From: Candidatus Woesearchaeota archaeon
GTDB lineage: Archaea > Nanobdellota > Nanobdellia > Woesearchaeales > GW2011-AR15
DNA length: 64,000 nucleotides
NCBI GenBank assembly: GCA_038874655.1
Contig: JAVZBY010000003.1
Location: 22,718 to 86,717, forward strand
Direction of reading: 5' to 3'
Numbering within the stretch: the stretch's first letter is position 1; every line of letters begins with the position of its first letter. This document shows, piece after piece, positions 19,413 to 29,821 of the stretch. The notes under the pieces are model-generated. The model saw only the letters and a list, made by a program, of their open reading frames with translations, searched no databases and was not told where the DNA came from. The position numbers and the translations under genes were made by a program.

Positions 19413-20974
19413 TAATTAAAATTTATACCATGAAACTCTTTTTCTTCAATTTTCTTTTGAAAATTTTTCTCGTATTTTCTTACAAAATCCTCAAACAACG
19501 GAATCTTAACTGGAATTGCAAATTTTGAAAAATTACTAGTTATGATTGCTTCTCCTTTATCTAATGAAGCTATTGTTCTAGAATCATTGCTTAAATCTTG
19601 TGCTGCTGATTCTATTATTGCTTGTCTTTCTGGTTGCATTTCAATTCCTAATATAATTTTTGTGTTCATATTTGCTAAAATTTCTCTTGGAATTAGAGAG
19701 GGTAATTGTGTTATTGCTGTTAGTCCTATTTTAAATTTTCTACCTTCTCTGGCAATTGTAGAAAATATATTAGGCCCAGTTTCTAAAACCTCTTTGCCTA
19801 AAACTCTTGGCGCTTCTTCAAGAATAATATTAATAACAGGTTTATTCTTCAATTCTCCACTAGATTTATACATTTTATATCTGTTAAAAATTTCTGTTGT
19901 AATTAAACTACCAACTAAGATTTCTATATTTCCCGAAAAATTAGAAGTATCTATAATAACAATTTTTCCTTTTTCTAATTCATTGCAAATATCATTGATA
20001 GTTGTTTGACCTAAATTTAAATCAAATATTCCTTTAGGATATATTTTAAAAGGCTCTACATCAATATCTAATAATTGAGATAATTTTCTTTTTAAAACAG
20101 CTAAAGTAGATTCATTAACAACTGTATCTGTTTCTTTTTCTAACAACAAAGATTCAATCCAATTTTCATTATACTTTCTATAATAGACATTAATGGCTTC
20201 TTTTTGTGCTGTTGTTAATTCCAGAGAACCATCAAAATGATAGGGCATTAATTGCTTTAAATTAATTTTTAATGTTCTTTGTCCAGGGGGTACATTATTA
20301 GGTGTATAATATACTAATTTTTTATTTGGATGATCTTTCAAGCCTATTTTATTTCTACCAAAATATTCATCATGGGGGTCCAAAACTAAAACACCTGCAT
20401 AATCTTTATCCATTAAATCCCATAACATAACATAAGTTAAATTACTTTTTCCTCTACCTGTTGTTGCTGGTATCAAGATATGATGACTCAAAACATCATC
20501 CCCTTTCAAATAAATTGGGACATCTAAAACTTTTGAACCACTTCTAAGATAACCAAAAAAAAGAGAATTTTCAGGTTTTGTTAGAAACTTTAAATCTTCA
20601 CTATTAATCTCTCTTAATTCTGAAAAAAAATCTGGTAAATTTTTAGCTAAACTTATTTTATTATCCTCAATAACTAACATATTTTTTAATTTTGCTAGAT
20701 TATAACTTCTAAGTTTTTCATCCATAAAATATAGATCAGAATTTTCTTCTAATTTTAAACCACTGATTAACTCTAAATTTTCTGAAGAAATTTGACTACC
20801 ATAAATTAGATCATATACTTGAAAAATTGTTTTATGCTTATTTTTATTTTCTGCTATTAGTAATTCTCCTATTTCAATTCTTTCATCAGATTTTTGTCTT
20901 GCTATAATTTCTCCGAACTTTCCAGAAATAATAATTCCTTTGCAATTTTTAGAATTTTTCATAAAAATAAACAA
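19412..20974 (-). CDS. herA: HerA-like hexameric ATPase/helicase (FtsK-HerA superfamily)
   Basis: N-terminal HAS-barrel-like segment; Walker [12 protein letters not shown]; Walker B-like [10 protein letters not shown] (hhhhEEAP, compare the HerA DEAH box); Arg-rich region after it; its start codon shares a base with the downstream gene. Confidence 0.7.
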   Translation of the reverse strand: MFIFMKNSKNCKGIIISGKFGEIIARQKSDERIEIGELLIAENKNKHKTIFQVYDLIYGSQISSENLELISGLKLEENSDLYFMDEKLRSYNLAKLKNMLVIEDNKISLAKNLPDFFSELREINSEDLKFLTKPENSLFFGYLRSGSKVLDVPIYLKGDDVLSHHILIPATTGRGKSNLTYVMLWDLMDKDYAGVLVLDPHDEYFGRNKIGLKDHPNKKLVYYTPNNVPPGQRTLKINLKQLMPYHFDGSLELTTAQKEAINVYYRKYNENWIESLLLEKETDTVVNESTLAVLKRKLSQLLDIDVEPFKIYPKGIFDLNLGQTTINDICNELEKGKIVIIDTSNFSGNIEILVGSLITTEIFNRYKMYKSSGELKNKPVINIILEEAPRVLGKEVLETGPNIFSTIAREGRKFKIGLTAITQLPSLIPREILANMNTKIILGIEMQPERQAIIESAAQDLSNDSRTIASLDKGEAIITSNFSKFAIPVKIPLFEDFVRKYEKNFQKKIEEKEFHGINFN

Positions 20975-21073
20975 AAAAAAGCAACTTTAAAAATTTTTAT
21001 AAAAACAAGTAAAAACAAAAAAATTAATAAAAGAAAAAAAGAAAGAGTAAATAAAAATTTTTAAACAAATTCT

Positions 21074-21307
21074 TTATTTTCTGCCTCTAGCCATCTTTGC
21101 TCTAGAGACATCTCCTTTTGAATCAACAAAGTATAGATAGCCTTTTTCTTTTTTAACTCCTACTTTTGCTACTTTTTCAACTTTTTGTTTTCCTTTTTTT
21201 CTTCCTCCTCTAGCCATTTTTGCTCTAGAGATATCTCCTTGCTTATCTACAAAATATAGATAGCCATCTTCTTTTTTAACTCCTACTTTTGCTACTTTTT
21301 CAGCCAT
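21074..21307 (-). CDS. Small basic protein built from an in-frame tandem duplication (2 x 41 aa)
   Basis: Protein repeats AEKVAKVGVKKEDGYLYFVDKQGDISRAKMARGGRK and VEKVAKVGVKKEKGYLYFVDSKGDVSRAKMARGRK; the DNA repeat period is 123 bp at about 85-90% identity; strong SD AAGGAGGT lies 6 nt before the ATG. Confidence 0.5.
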   Translation of the reverse strand: MAEKVAKVGVKKEDGYLYFVDKQGDISRAKMARGGRKKGKQKVEKVAKVGVKKEKGYLYFVDSKGDVSRAKMARGRK

Positions 21308-21435
21308 TTTTTAACCTCCTTTAACATTTCATTGGTGAGAATTAAAAGAATGTCTCCCCACCGAGTATAATATAGAATAACAACTATATAAATCTTACGA
21401 TTTTGTAGACGAATAATATAAAAAAATTATAAAGA

Positions 21436-22122
21436 TTAAGATATTTCTATCTTCAAAGCTTCTTTAATTTCATCCTCAGAAACAGAACAGCCATTTAATT
21501 TAATCCCCCATAAAAGCCCTTCTAATAAAGTTCTTTTTGAATTAGGTAATTTTAAATAATATTCTTTAAACAACCCCATTTCATATGCTATTAAAACTAT
21601 CTCAAATGTTCTAATTATAGTTAAATTAACTATTTTTTTAAAATCCTTAATTTTTTGTTCATCTGCTTTTACAACTAAATGAAGTTTATTTTCTAATCTC
21701 TCATGCACTAAATTTGGATTTTCAACTAAATTTCTAGTAATAAACTCGTCTATAACTATTGCGTCAGAATTTAAAACTAATGCTGCTGCAATAGTTTCTA
21801 TTTCTGCATAATGAGCAATTTTTATAAAGTTATCGTGCGCTTTAAAAAACGAATTTATTTCATTAAAAAGAAAATTTGCCTTATATTTTATTTTATTATC
21901 ATCTACTAACTTTATAATTCCTTCCTCTAAAAGCTTTAATATTTGTATTGCCTCATATTTAAATTTCTTTGATTCCAAAGGTTTATCAATCACTTCTCTT
22001 TTAACTGATTTTGTTATAAAAAATTCTCCTTTAAATTGTTCTTTTAGTGGTTTTAAAATCCACAATAAATTATTCAATGAAAGTGTAATTAAAGGTCCTG
22101 TGTCAAAAACTAAAGATTTCAT
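21436..22122 (-). CDS. PIN-like domain protein with a roughly 100-aa C-terminal extension
   Basis: N-terminus LVFDTGPLITLS (conserved Asp) and later AEIETIAAALVLNSDAIVIDE resemble PIN-domain acidic motifs. Confidence 0.45.
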   Translation of the reverse strand: MKSLVFDTGPLITLSLNNLLWILKPLKEQFKGEFFITKSVKREVIDKPLESKKFKYEAIQILKLLEEGIIKLVDDNKIKYKANFLFNEINSFFKAHDNFIKIAHYAEIETIAAALVLNSDAIVIDEFITRNLVENPNLVHERLENKLHLVVKADEQKIKDFKKIVNLTIIRTFEIVLIAYEMGLFKEYYLKLPNSKRTLLEGLLWGIKLNGCSVSEDEIKEALKIEIS

Positions 22123-22175
22123 ATGACCTCACTAATGATAATTTTCATTTTAAAATGAAATTACATTTATCTTAT

Positions 22176-22763
22176 TTATAAATTAAATATTGCTCTTGCT
22201 TTTTTCATTCTATCTTGTACATTTGTCTTATTTTTATAAGTTTCAATTATAGGTGTTTTACCGACATAATCCATTAAATCCCATAGAGATATGCCCAATG
22301 CATCAGCAACTTGTCCTAATGAAATACCATGTTCAAACATTCTTGATGCTTTTTTTATTTGTGCTTTTTCTAATGCTTCTTTTATATAACTTTTTATGTA
22401 AGAATCTTTTTTGGACAAATCCTTAATTATACTTTTCAATTCATTTTCATAATTAGAATTTGAACCATTTTCTAAATAAGTTAATGCATTTTTAAATTTT
22501 ACAATAATTAAATCTGAGATATCATTATATTTATAGAGTTTTGACAAAGCATAAATTATAACTGCAATTGTCAAAGTATCCTTATCTTGAAAAATAGATG
22601 CATTATGTATAACATGATCACTTAACTCTCTTAATTTAAACAATTCTTTTTTTTCTACAATGGAGATTGCTTCATTTAACACATTAAGAATATCTTTTTT
22701 CACAATAGGATTCATAAATATAAAAAAAATTATAAAGTATAAAAAACTTGTGATATATCTCAA
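22176..22763 (-). CDS. Putative helix-turn-helix protein
   Basis: C-terminal GISLGQVADALGISLWDLMDYVGK looks like an HTH; the true start may be at the internal MNPIVKK. Confidence 0.4.
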   Translation of the reverse strand: MRYITSFLYFIIFFIFMNPIVKKDILNVLNEAISIVEKKELFKLRELSDHVIHNASIFQDKDTLTIAVIIYALSKLYKYNDISDLIIVKFKNALTYLENGSNSNYENELKSIIKDLSKKDSYIKSYIKEALEKAQIKKASRMFEHGISLGQVADALGISLWDLMDYVGKTPIIETYKNKTNVQDRMKKARAIFNL

Positions 22764-22902
22764 TAATACAAATTATATACCCCAATTTAAACTAATGGTT
22801 GATAAACATATTAAATTAAGAAAAAGTTTTTAAACCTTATATAGAATAAAAAAGATAATAAATTAAAAATTATAAAACTGGTTAAAATAAATAGAGGAAA
22901 AA

Positions 22903-23502
22903 ATGGCTATTTTTAATAACAGCATAAATTTTTATATAATTGCTCTTTTATCTTATAGTGGACTAATATTTGGCTTAATTATAAGTAAGCATTGCGAAGA
23001 AGAGCTTGAAAATGCTCAATTTTTCTTTAGGTATATTAAAGTTTTTATCTTATCAATTATGATAAGTTTATGGATATTTTTTATCATGAACAATTTATTA
23101 ATCTCAATTTTTATTCTTTTTTCAGTTTTTGTTTTTCTATTAGTTCTTATGAATCTTAATTTTTTAAATAAAAAGAATATAAAAATAAAAGCTAATTATT
23201 CAAAATCTAAGAAATCAACTGAACAAAAGGAAAATAAAAAATATCTTATCGAAGAAAATTATAGACTACAAACTTATTTAGATAATTTTTTATATATATA
23301 TTCTGGTTTTGTTTTATTTAATACCTTTAAAAACGAAGTTAGTCTAATTGTTGCATTATTAATATTTTTTTATAGTCTTATTGTTTCCTCTTCATTGTAC
23401 TATTATCTAAAAGAAATTAATTTATTTGAAAAAATAATATTCATATTAAAAAACAACATATTGTTTTTTCTAACAATCCTAATTTTAGAAATAATCTTTT
23501 AG
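22903..23502 (+). CDS. Polytopic membrane protein, unknown function
   Basis: ORF with multiple hydrophobic segments and a Lys-rich loop. Confidence 0.4.
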   Translation: MAIFNNSINFYIIALLSYSGLIFGLIISKHCEEELENAQFFFRYIKVFILSIMISLWIFFIMNNLLISIFILFSVFVFLLVLMNLNFLNKKNIKIKANYSKSKKSTEQKENKKYLIEENYRLQTYLDNFLYIYSGFVLFNTFKNEVSLIVALLIFFYSLIVSSSLYYYLKEINLFEKIIFILKNNILFFLTILILEIIF

Positions 23503-23595
23503 ATTTATAGACAAAATTCTAAACTAAAAAATAAATAACATAAAATATATCAGTAAATAAAATATATATGACTTGTGTATAAAAATATAGAAATA

Positions 23596-24048
23596 TTAAA
23601 AGTAATAATAAACTAAATTACCACTAAAAATTCCAATTAAAATACCAACTATCACTTGTAAAGGCGTATGCCCAATAAACTCATATAATTTCTCTGGCTT
23701 GATATTTTTATTTTTAAATAACTCTGATATGATTTCATTAAGCACTTTGGCTTGTTTTCCTGCTGCCCTTCTTACTCCTAATGCATCTGCTATTACTATA
23801 CAACTAACAATAAAAGACACTACAAATAAATTAGAAAACCCTTCTAACAAATATAAAATAGAGGTCATTGCAGTTACTGTTGCAGAATGCGAACTTGGCA
23901 TACCTCCTGTTTTTAAGAAAAGTTTTATATCTAGCACTTTATTAATTATTAAATGAAATAAAACTTTAAGAAAACCTGCTATCAGATAAGCTACTAAAAC
24001 ACTTAATATAATCTTATTTTTAATAAGTTCAAAAAAAAAATCTGTCAT
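23596..24048 (-). CDS. Small membrane protein of the divergent PAP2 / acid phosphatase-vanadium haloperoxidase-related family
   Basis: GGMPSSHSA motif (PAP2 motif 2, PSGH-like), 150 aa, 4 hydrophobic segments. Confidence 0.55.
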   Translation of the reverse strand: MTDFFFELIKNKIILSVLVAYLIAGFLKVLFHLIINKVLDIKLFLKTGGMPSSHSATVTAMTSILYLLEGFSNLFVVSFIVSCIVIADALGVRRAAGKQAKVLNEIISELFKNKNIKPEKLYEFIGHTPLQVIVGILIGIFSGNLVYYYF

Positions 24049-24326
24049 AAAATAAATAAAATTAAAATAATATAAAAATTTTTTTAAGTTAAATTATTAG
24101 TTTAAAAAATAATTTAATGACATAGATAAAAAATAATAATTTGCGAAAAATAATAGGAAACTATTTTAAAAAGTATATATTTATTTAATAAAAAAATAAA
24201 GAAAATTTTCAAAAAATCCAAAAGAATATTTTTTTAAGAAGATTCATATTATAATTGCTAATTTGTATTAAATAAATATAATCTAAAATTAAAGTAAATA
24301 TAATTAAAATTAAAGGATGTAAAAAG

Positions 24327-25682
24327 ATGATAAAAAAAACAAAAGATAAAAAAATACTAGATATTCTTGAAAAGATAAAAAAAGAGATTACACCTGATAT
24401 TGAAATAATAAAAAATATTGATTCTTTTGTAGATAAACTAAATTCTTACTTTAAATCAAAGAATCTCAAAATAAAATGTATTAAAGGTGGAAGTATTGCA
24501 AAGGGAACATTTCTTAAAGATGATTTTGATGTTGATTTATTTATCAAATTTGATTATAGCTATAAAAATGAAAACATATCTTCTATATTAGAAAAATCTT
24601 TATTAGAACAAAAAATAAAATATGAAAAAATACATGGAAGCAGAGATTATTTTATAGTCAAATTTTCAATAAAAGATAAAAACCTAACTTTTGAAGAAAA
24701 TCATTTTAGCAAAAAGATTTTGTGTTATGAATTGGTGCCTGTATTAGACATAAAAAATCCTGAAAAAGCAATAAATGTTACTGATATGAGTCCTTTACAT
24801 GTTTCATGGGTTAAAAAAAATTTAAAAAAAGGACAAGAAGATGAAATAAGATTAGCAAAAAAATTTTGTAAAGGCATTAATGTCTATGGTGCTGAATCTT
24901 ATATTAATGGCTTTTCAGGACATGTTATTGACATTCTTATAATTTATTATGGAAGTTTTCTAAAATTATTAAAAGAATCAATAAAATGGAAACCTAAGGT
25001 GATAATTGATCCTGAAAAACACTTTAAATCAAAAGACGATGTGCTTTTTAATCTAAATAAAGCAAAAACAACAGGACCTTTAATTATAGTAGATCCGATA
25101 TTAAAATATAGAAATGCAGCTGCAAGTTTATCCTATGAAAAATTTAATCTTTTCATAGAAAAAGCAAAAGAATTTCTAGAAAATCCTAGTGAAGATTATT
25201 TCAAAGAAAAATCTATACAAGAAATAATAAATGAAAAAATAAAAGAACAGAATAAAATTACTATAGTAGAAATGAAAATAATAGACCAAGATTTAAAAAA
25301 AGAAAGATATAAAGAAATTTTGTATGCTAAAATTTTAAAAACACATAATTATCTAAAAGACGAATTAATAAAAAAAGGATTTAAAATAGTAGATAGTAAT
25401 TGGGGTACATCAGTTAATCAAAAAGAGCTCATAATAACCCTATTTTATATTTCAGAAAACCTTGAATTAAAATCTGAAAAACTAATAAAAGGACCTATGC
25501 TTAACATGAAAGAACATGTTGAAAGATTTAAAAATAAATATATAAAAACCTATGTCAAAGATGATTGCATATATGCAATAGCAAAAATAAATAAAGTAAA
25601 AATAACAGATAATATAAAAGAAATATTCAATAAATCTTATTATAAAAAATATTTTATAATTACTGGTATTAAAACAATTTAA
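24327..25682 (+). CDS. cca: Class-I (archaeal-type) CCA-adding tRNA nucleotidyltransferase
   Basis: IKGGSIAKGTFLKDDFDVDLFIKF matches the archaeal class-I nucleotidyltransferase G[SG]x9-13Dx[DE] catalytic motif; 451 aa is typical. Confidence 0.7.
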   Translation: MIKKTKDKKILDILEKIKKEITPDIEIIKNIDSFVDKLNSYFKSKNLKIKCIKGGSIAKGTFLKDDFDVDLFIKFDYSYKNENISSILEKSLLEQKIKYEKIHGSRDYFIVKFSIKDKNLTFEENHFSKKILCYELVPVLDIKNPEKAINVTDMSPLHVSWVKKNLKKGQEDEIRLAKKFCKGINVYGAESYINGFSGHVIDILIIYYGSFLKLLKESIKWKPKVIIDPEKHFKSKDDVLFNLNKAKTTGPLIIVDPILKYRNAAASLSYEKFNLFIEKAKEFLENPSEDYFKEKSIQEIINEKIKEQNKITIVEMKIIDQDLKKERYKEILYAKILKTHNYLKDELIKKGFKIVDSNWGTSVNQKELIITLFYISENLELKSEKLIKGPMLNMKEHVERFKNKYIKTYVKDDCIYAIAKINKVKITDNIKEIFNKSYYKKYFIITGIKTI

Positions 25683-25710
25683 TATAAATAAATTTATTAA
25701 AAATCGATTA

Positions 25711-26475
25711 ATGAGATATAAAAAATTAAAAATGAAAAGTAAAAATAAAAAATCACAAATAAGTATTTTTATTATAATTGGCTTAATAATTCTTATAACC
25801 ACATTATTAATAATAAACTTAACACCTAAAAAAATAAAAATAACAAGTTCTACAAAAAATAACACCATTAAACAAAATTTAGAGAATCCTGATTATTATT
25901 ATGTTAAAGATAGATTAGAAAAATGCATAAACAATTTATCCGAAGAAGCAATTTTAAAGATAAGTAATCAAGGATTATTAAATCCAAAAGAATATATTTC
26001 ATCAAATAAGATTGTTATTGGCTACTTATACTATGATGGAAAAAAGAATATTCAAAATGAAAAAGAATTATCTAATTCTATAGCAGAATATATAAAAAGA
26101 AATATTGAAAGTTGTGCAAAAAAAGAATATATTGAAATTGATAAAGACAATATTAATGTTATTATAGTTTTATTAAAAGATGAAATAAATATAAAAGCAG
26201 AGTTTTCAGAAAAAATTAACTATAAAAACAAAAAAATAGATATAACTGAAATTTATGTAAATAAAAAATCAAATTTATTAAACTTAGTAAAAGCAGCTAA
26301 TAAAATTATTAATAATTTAGATAAAGATGAATGGCTTAATTTAAATGGCATAGATGATGAAAAAATTAAAGTTAATATTATAAAGATCAGTGAAAAAACC
26401 TGGATTTATGAAATAATTCAAATTAATGAAACTGAAAATAATAACTCACTATATAGATTCGCAATTAAATATTAG
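25711..26475 (+). CDS. Signal-anchored secreted protein, unknown function
   Basis: N-terminus KKSQISIFIIIGLIILITTLLIINL is a transmembrane anchor. Confidence 0.4.
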   Translation: MRYKKLKMKSKNKKSQISIFIIIGLIILITTLLIINLTPKKIKITSSTKNNTIKQNLENPDYYYVKDRLEKCINNLSEEAILKISNQGLLNPKEYISSNKIVIGYLYYDGKKNIQNEKELSNSIAEYIKRNIESCAKKEYIEIDKDNINVIIVLLKDEINIKAEFSEKINYKNKKIDITEIYVNKKSNLLNLVKAANKIINNLDKDEWLNLNGIDDEKIKVNIIKISEKTWIYEIIQINETENNNSLYRFAIKY

Positions 26476-26481
26476 TTAAAA

Positions 26482-28179
26482 ATGAACAAAAAAAAATCAA
26501 CAGAAATAATTAGTAAAAATATAGTTTTATTAATAATATTTAGTTTTATCGCTCTTATATTTATTTTGAAGATATTATCTGTGAGTGCAATCCTATCTTT
26601 AGATGAAATAAAAAATGTAATAGAAACCGAAACAAATATAGAAATAACAATAAATCCTGAGTTAAGTTCTTATAATATTAATTATAAGGAAAATATTTTA
26701 AAATTTGAAATTGAAAAAAAAGCATTTAAAATATATCTAAAAAACCAAAATATAGATTATGAAAATAGTATTAACCTTCCTAAAAAAATTACATTAGACT
26801 TTGAGATTCTAGAAAATAAAAAAAATCCAAAAATTATTTTCTATGGAGAAAAAAATAATTACAGCATTATTCAAAAAGATGAAGGAACCACAAACATATA
26901 TTTTGAAATTCCAGAAGAGATAAAAAATAAGAGTGAAATTGATATAAAAAATATAAATAATCTTGATTATGGAATTATATACCTTGTAGAACACTATGAA
27001 CCTGATTTAAGAATTGATGACTCTTCAAGGTTAAATGGAAAAAAAATTCTATCAATAAATATGTATAATAATCCAAAAATATTATTTAATGATTCAAAAA
27101 TAGTTTTATTTCCAAATGAATTAAAGATATCTAAAAAATCATTTGAATATGCTGAATCATTAGAAAATAGTGAGATAAACATTATTAATAATAACACAAT
27201 AAAAAGAATATATAAAAAATCTAATTTAACAATCATAGAAAATGAGATAATAAAATATGATAAAAATTATGATAGAGGATTTACAAGTGAACAAGACTAT
27301 TTAAATGAAGAAAAAATACAAGAATATTCAAAAATATCAAATAATCATAATATTGTAGATGAAGAAAGTTGTAATAAATTTATAAAATTCAAAAAAAATA
27401 TTATTATAGATAATGAATTTTTAAATATATATTCTAATGAAAACAAAAATAATTCTTGGGAATTATATGTAATTAATCAAAAAAGAAACATAAATAATGA
27501 TGAATCCATCATATTAAAAGAAAATCTAGACAAAATCATAGAACTAATAAAACAAAGTAATGGAAAAAAATTCATTATTAAAATAGATAAAAACACTATA
27601 AATTTATTCGAAATTATAAAACATATATATAATAATTTAGACACATATGATATTAAAGAAAAAAATAAGGAAATATTTTTTGTTATAATAGATAAGCCAA
27701 ATTCTCTAGAAAAGGAAGCAGATAAGGAAATTATTACTTCTGAGGATTATATTAATTTGTTAAAAAACATTTATAATGAAGTTAGCAATAATATAAATAT
27801 AATTATAAGTCCATTAGAACAAAGCAAAGAAAAAATTGATTCCGAAAAAATAATTTTAAACTCAAAAGATTACTATGAAACTATTTTTAAAAATGAAGAT
27901 ATAATTAATCCGATAAAATATATTGCAATATCTATAAATACTAGTCAATTAGAGGGATTAAATTATTGCATTAATTTAAACACATTATATAATAAAGATT
28001 ATTTTTGTATTGATTCTATTTATGCACATAGAGTTGTTTTAGACATTGCAAAAATATATAATAAAGAACTAAAAGCAATTATATTAATTGAAACCCAAAA
28101 TATAAATGAAAGTTTTATAGAGGAATTAAAATCTGATCCTTATGTTGAAGCAGTATTTTTAGATAAAGAGGTTTGTTAA
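26482..28179 (+). CDS. Signal-anchored protein (565 aa), Asn/Ile/Lys-rich, unknown function
   Basis: N-terminal hydrophobic segment; no recognisable catalytic motif. Confidence 0.4.
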   Translation: MNKKKSTEIISKNIVLLIIFSFIALIFILKILSVSAILSLDEIKNVIETETNIEITINPELSSYNINYKENILKFEIEKKAFKIYLKNQNIDYENSINLPKKITLDFEILENKKNPKIIFYGEKNNYSIIQKDEGTTNIYFEIPEEIKNKSEIDIKNINNLDYGIIYLVEHYEPDLRIDDSSRLNGKKILSINMYNNPKILFNDSKIVLFPNELKISKKSFEYAESLENSEINIINNNTIKRIYKKSNLTIIENEIIKYDKNYDRGFTSEQDYLNEEKIQEYSKISNNHNIVDEESCNKFIKFKKNIIIDNEFLNIYSNENKNNSWELYVINQKRNINNDESIILKENLDKIIELIKQSNGKKFIIKIDKNTINLFEIIKHIYNNLDTYDIKEKNKEIFFVIIDKPNSLEKEADKEIITSEDYINLLKNIYNEVSNNINIIISPLEQSKEKIDSEKIILNSKDYYETIFKNEDIINPIKYIAISINTSQLEGLNYCINLNTLYNKDYFCIDSIYAHRVVLDIAKIYNKELKAIILIETQNINESFIEELKSDPYVEAVFLDKEVC

Positions 28180-28195
28180 AAATAAAAAAATTAAA

Positions 28196-29248
28196 TTATT
28201 TTTTCATTTCTATTGTTTGTGTTGGGTATGCAAAATCTATTTTATTTTTTTCAAATTCTTCTTTTATTTTAAAATTAATCTTATCTTTAATTTCCCTAAC
28301 TAATTTAGGTTGGTTTGTTTCAATAAAATACCTAACTTCTAAATCTAAACTATAAGCACCAAAATTAATAAAATTAACTTCGTAATTAAATATCAACTTT
28401 TCTTTTGATAATATCTCTTGTATTATCTTTTTTGCTTTTTTCATTTTTTCATTGCTAGTGTTATAAACTAAGTTCAATGTCATAATAACAAGTTTTTGAT
28501 TTAATCTTTTATGGTTTATAGTTGCTTTTTCTGTTATAAATTTATTAGGAATTGTGATAAATTCACCATTAGGTGTTTTTAATTTTGTACTTCTCAAACC
28601 AATTTCTACTATTTCACCTTGGACATCACCTATCTGTATATATTCACCAACTTTAAAAGGCTTATCTATAATAATAGTTAATCCTCCAAAAAAATTACCT
28701 AATAAATCTTGTGCCGCTAATGCAAAGGCCAAACCACCAATTCCTAAACCAGCTAAAATACTTGTTACATGATATCCCATATTATCTAAAATCATTATTA
28801 TTGCTACTGCTGTTAATGATATTTTTACTATTTTTCTTATAAGTGGAAATAATAAATCATCCAAGTCTGTTTTAGTTTTTTCTGATAATGGCATTAAATA
28901 ATTTACTATCAAAGCATCTATTAATCTAATTATAAGCCATGAAATTGCGGAAATTACTAAAATTTTAAAGATTCGATTAAATATATCATATGCCTTTTCT
29001 GATAAGTTTAATTGATGATATGCAAAGAAAAACCCAGCAATAACTACTAAAAAAACAATCGGCTCCTCTATCATATCAATTATAATATCATCTAATTTTG
29101 TTTTTGTTTTGGAAGTAAATTTTTTAATTATGTTAGTAGATATATAATACAATATTCTTCCAACTAAAAATGCTATTGCTATATATGCAAAAAATAATAA
29201 ATATTGTTTTATAGTATTTCCAAAATATAAAGTGTCTAAAAAACTCAT
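28196..29248 (-). CDS. mscS: MscS-family small-conductance mechanosensitive channel
   Basis: Three N-terminal TM helices, then KVGEYIQIGDVQGEIVEIGLRSTKLKTPNGEFITIPN, the MscS beta-domain signature. Confidence 0.85.
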   Translation of the reverse strand: MSFLDTLYFGNTIKQYLLFFAYIAIAFLVGRILYYISTNIIKKFTSKTKTKLDDIIIDMIEEPIVFLVVIAGFFFAYHQLNLSEKAYDIFNRIFKILVISAISWLIIRLIDALIVNYLMPLSEKTKTDLDDLLFPLIRKIVKISLTAVAIIMILDNMGYHVTSILAGLGIGGLAFALAAQDLLGNFFGGLTIIIDKPFKVGEYIQIGDVQGEIVEIGLRSTKLKTPNGEFITIPNKFITEKATINHKRLNQKLVIMTLNLVYNTSNEKMKKAKKIIQEILSKEKLIFNYEVNFINFGAYSLDLEVRYFIETNQPKLVREIKDKINFKIKEEFEKNKIDFAYPTQTIEMKK

Positions 29249-29585
29249 CTTCTCACCTTTTAAAGATTTTTTAATTATCTATTTAAAACATTAATTCATA
29301 TTTAGTAGTTATCTAATTTTCTTATATATGTTTGTAAATAATGAATTAAAAAAATTATATTTAAATCTATCCAAAATGAAATTAAAAAATTCAAAATTAA
29401 ACTAAATCTTAAGAGAAAGATTATAAAAACATTAAATCTTAGTAAAATATTTAAATAATAACTTATTTAATTTAATATAATTAATTTACTTAGTTAAATA
29501 AGTTAACTTAACTAACTTATTAATTATTAAAATAAAAACAATAATTATTAAAATAAACATAAGATTGTTAAAAAAATAATAAAAA

Positions 29586-29717
29586 ATGACAAACATAAAC
29601 ATTGAAATTCCTGATGAATTACATAAAAAATTAAAAATTCAATGTGCCATAGAAGAAAAAACATTGAAAGAATACATTGTCAATGTTTTAGAAGAAAAAG
29701 TAAAAAAATTAAAATAA
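29586..29717 (+). CDS. Unannotated 43-aa ribbon-helix-helix (CopG/Arc/MetJ-like) protein
   Basis: MTNINIEIPDELHKKLKIQCAIEEKTLKEYIVNVLEEKVKKLK reads as a beta-strand plus two helices with the RHH register. It is too short for the ORF track and lies directly upstream of the 1275-aa surface protein. Confidence 0.45.
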   Translation: MTNINIEIPDELHKKLKIQCAIEEKTLKEYIVNVLEEKVKKLK

Positions 29718-29821
29718 AATTTATAAAATTTCATAAATTAAAGAAAATGAAAAAAAATTTAAATCATATAAAAAAATATTTAAACAATTTATTTTTACAA
29801 AATTCTTATCATCTTAATTCT

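Noticed and set aside
16308-20974. Rad50 or NurA candidates among neighbouring ORFs
   Set aside because: No neighbouring ORF has the size or features of Rad50 (roughly 900 aa, Walker A, long coiled coils, CxxC zinc hook) or of NurA. The 605-aa intervening protein is membrane-anchored with phosphatase motifs instead.
29642-29821. Upstream extension of the 1275-aa ORF (track start 29642, alternative ATG 29747)
   Set aside because: The extension encodes a highly basic, non-hydrophobic leader (MCHRRKNIERIHCQCFRRKSKK...), whereas a canonical signal peptide begins at ATG 29822. The leader region more plausibly is 5' UTR.
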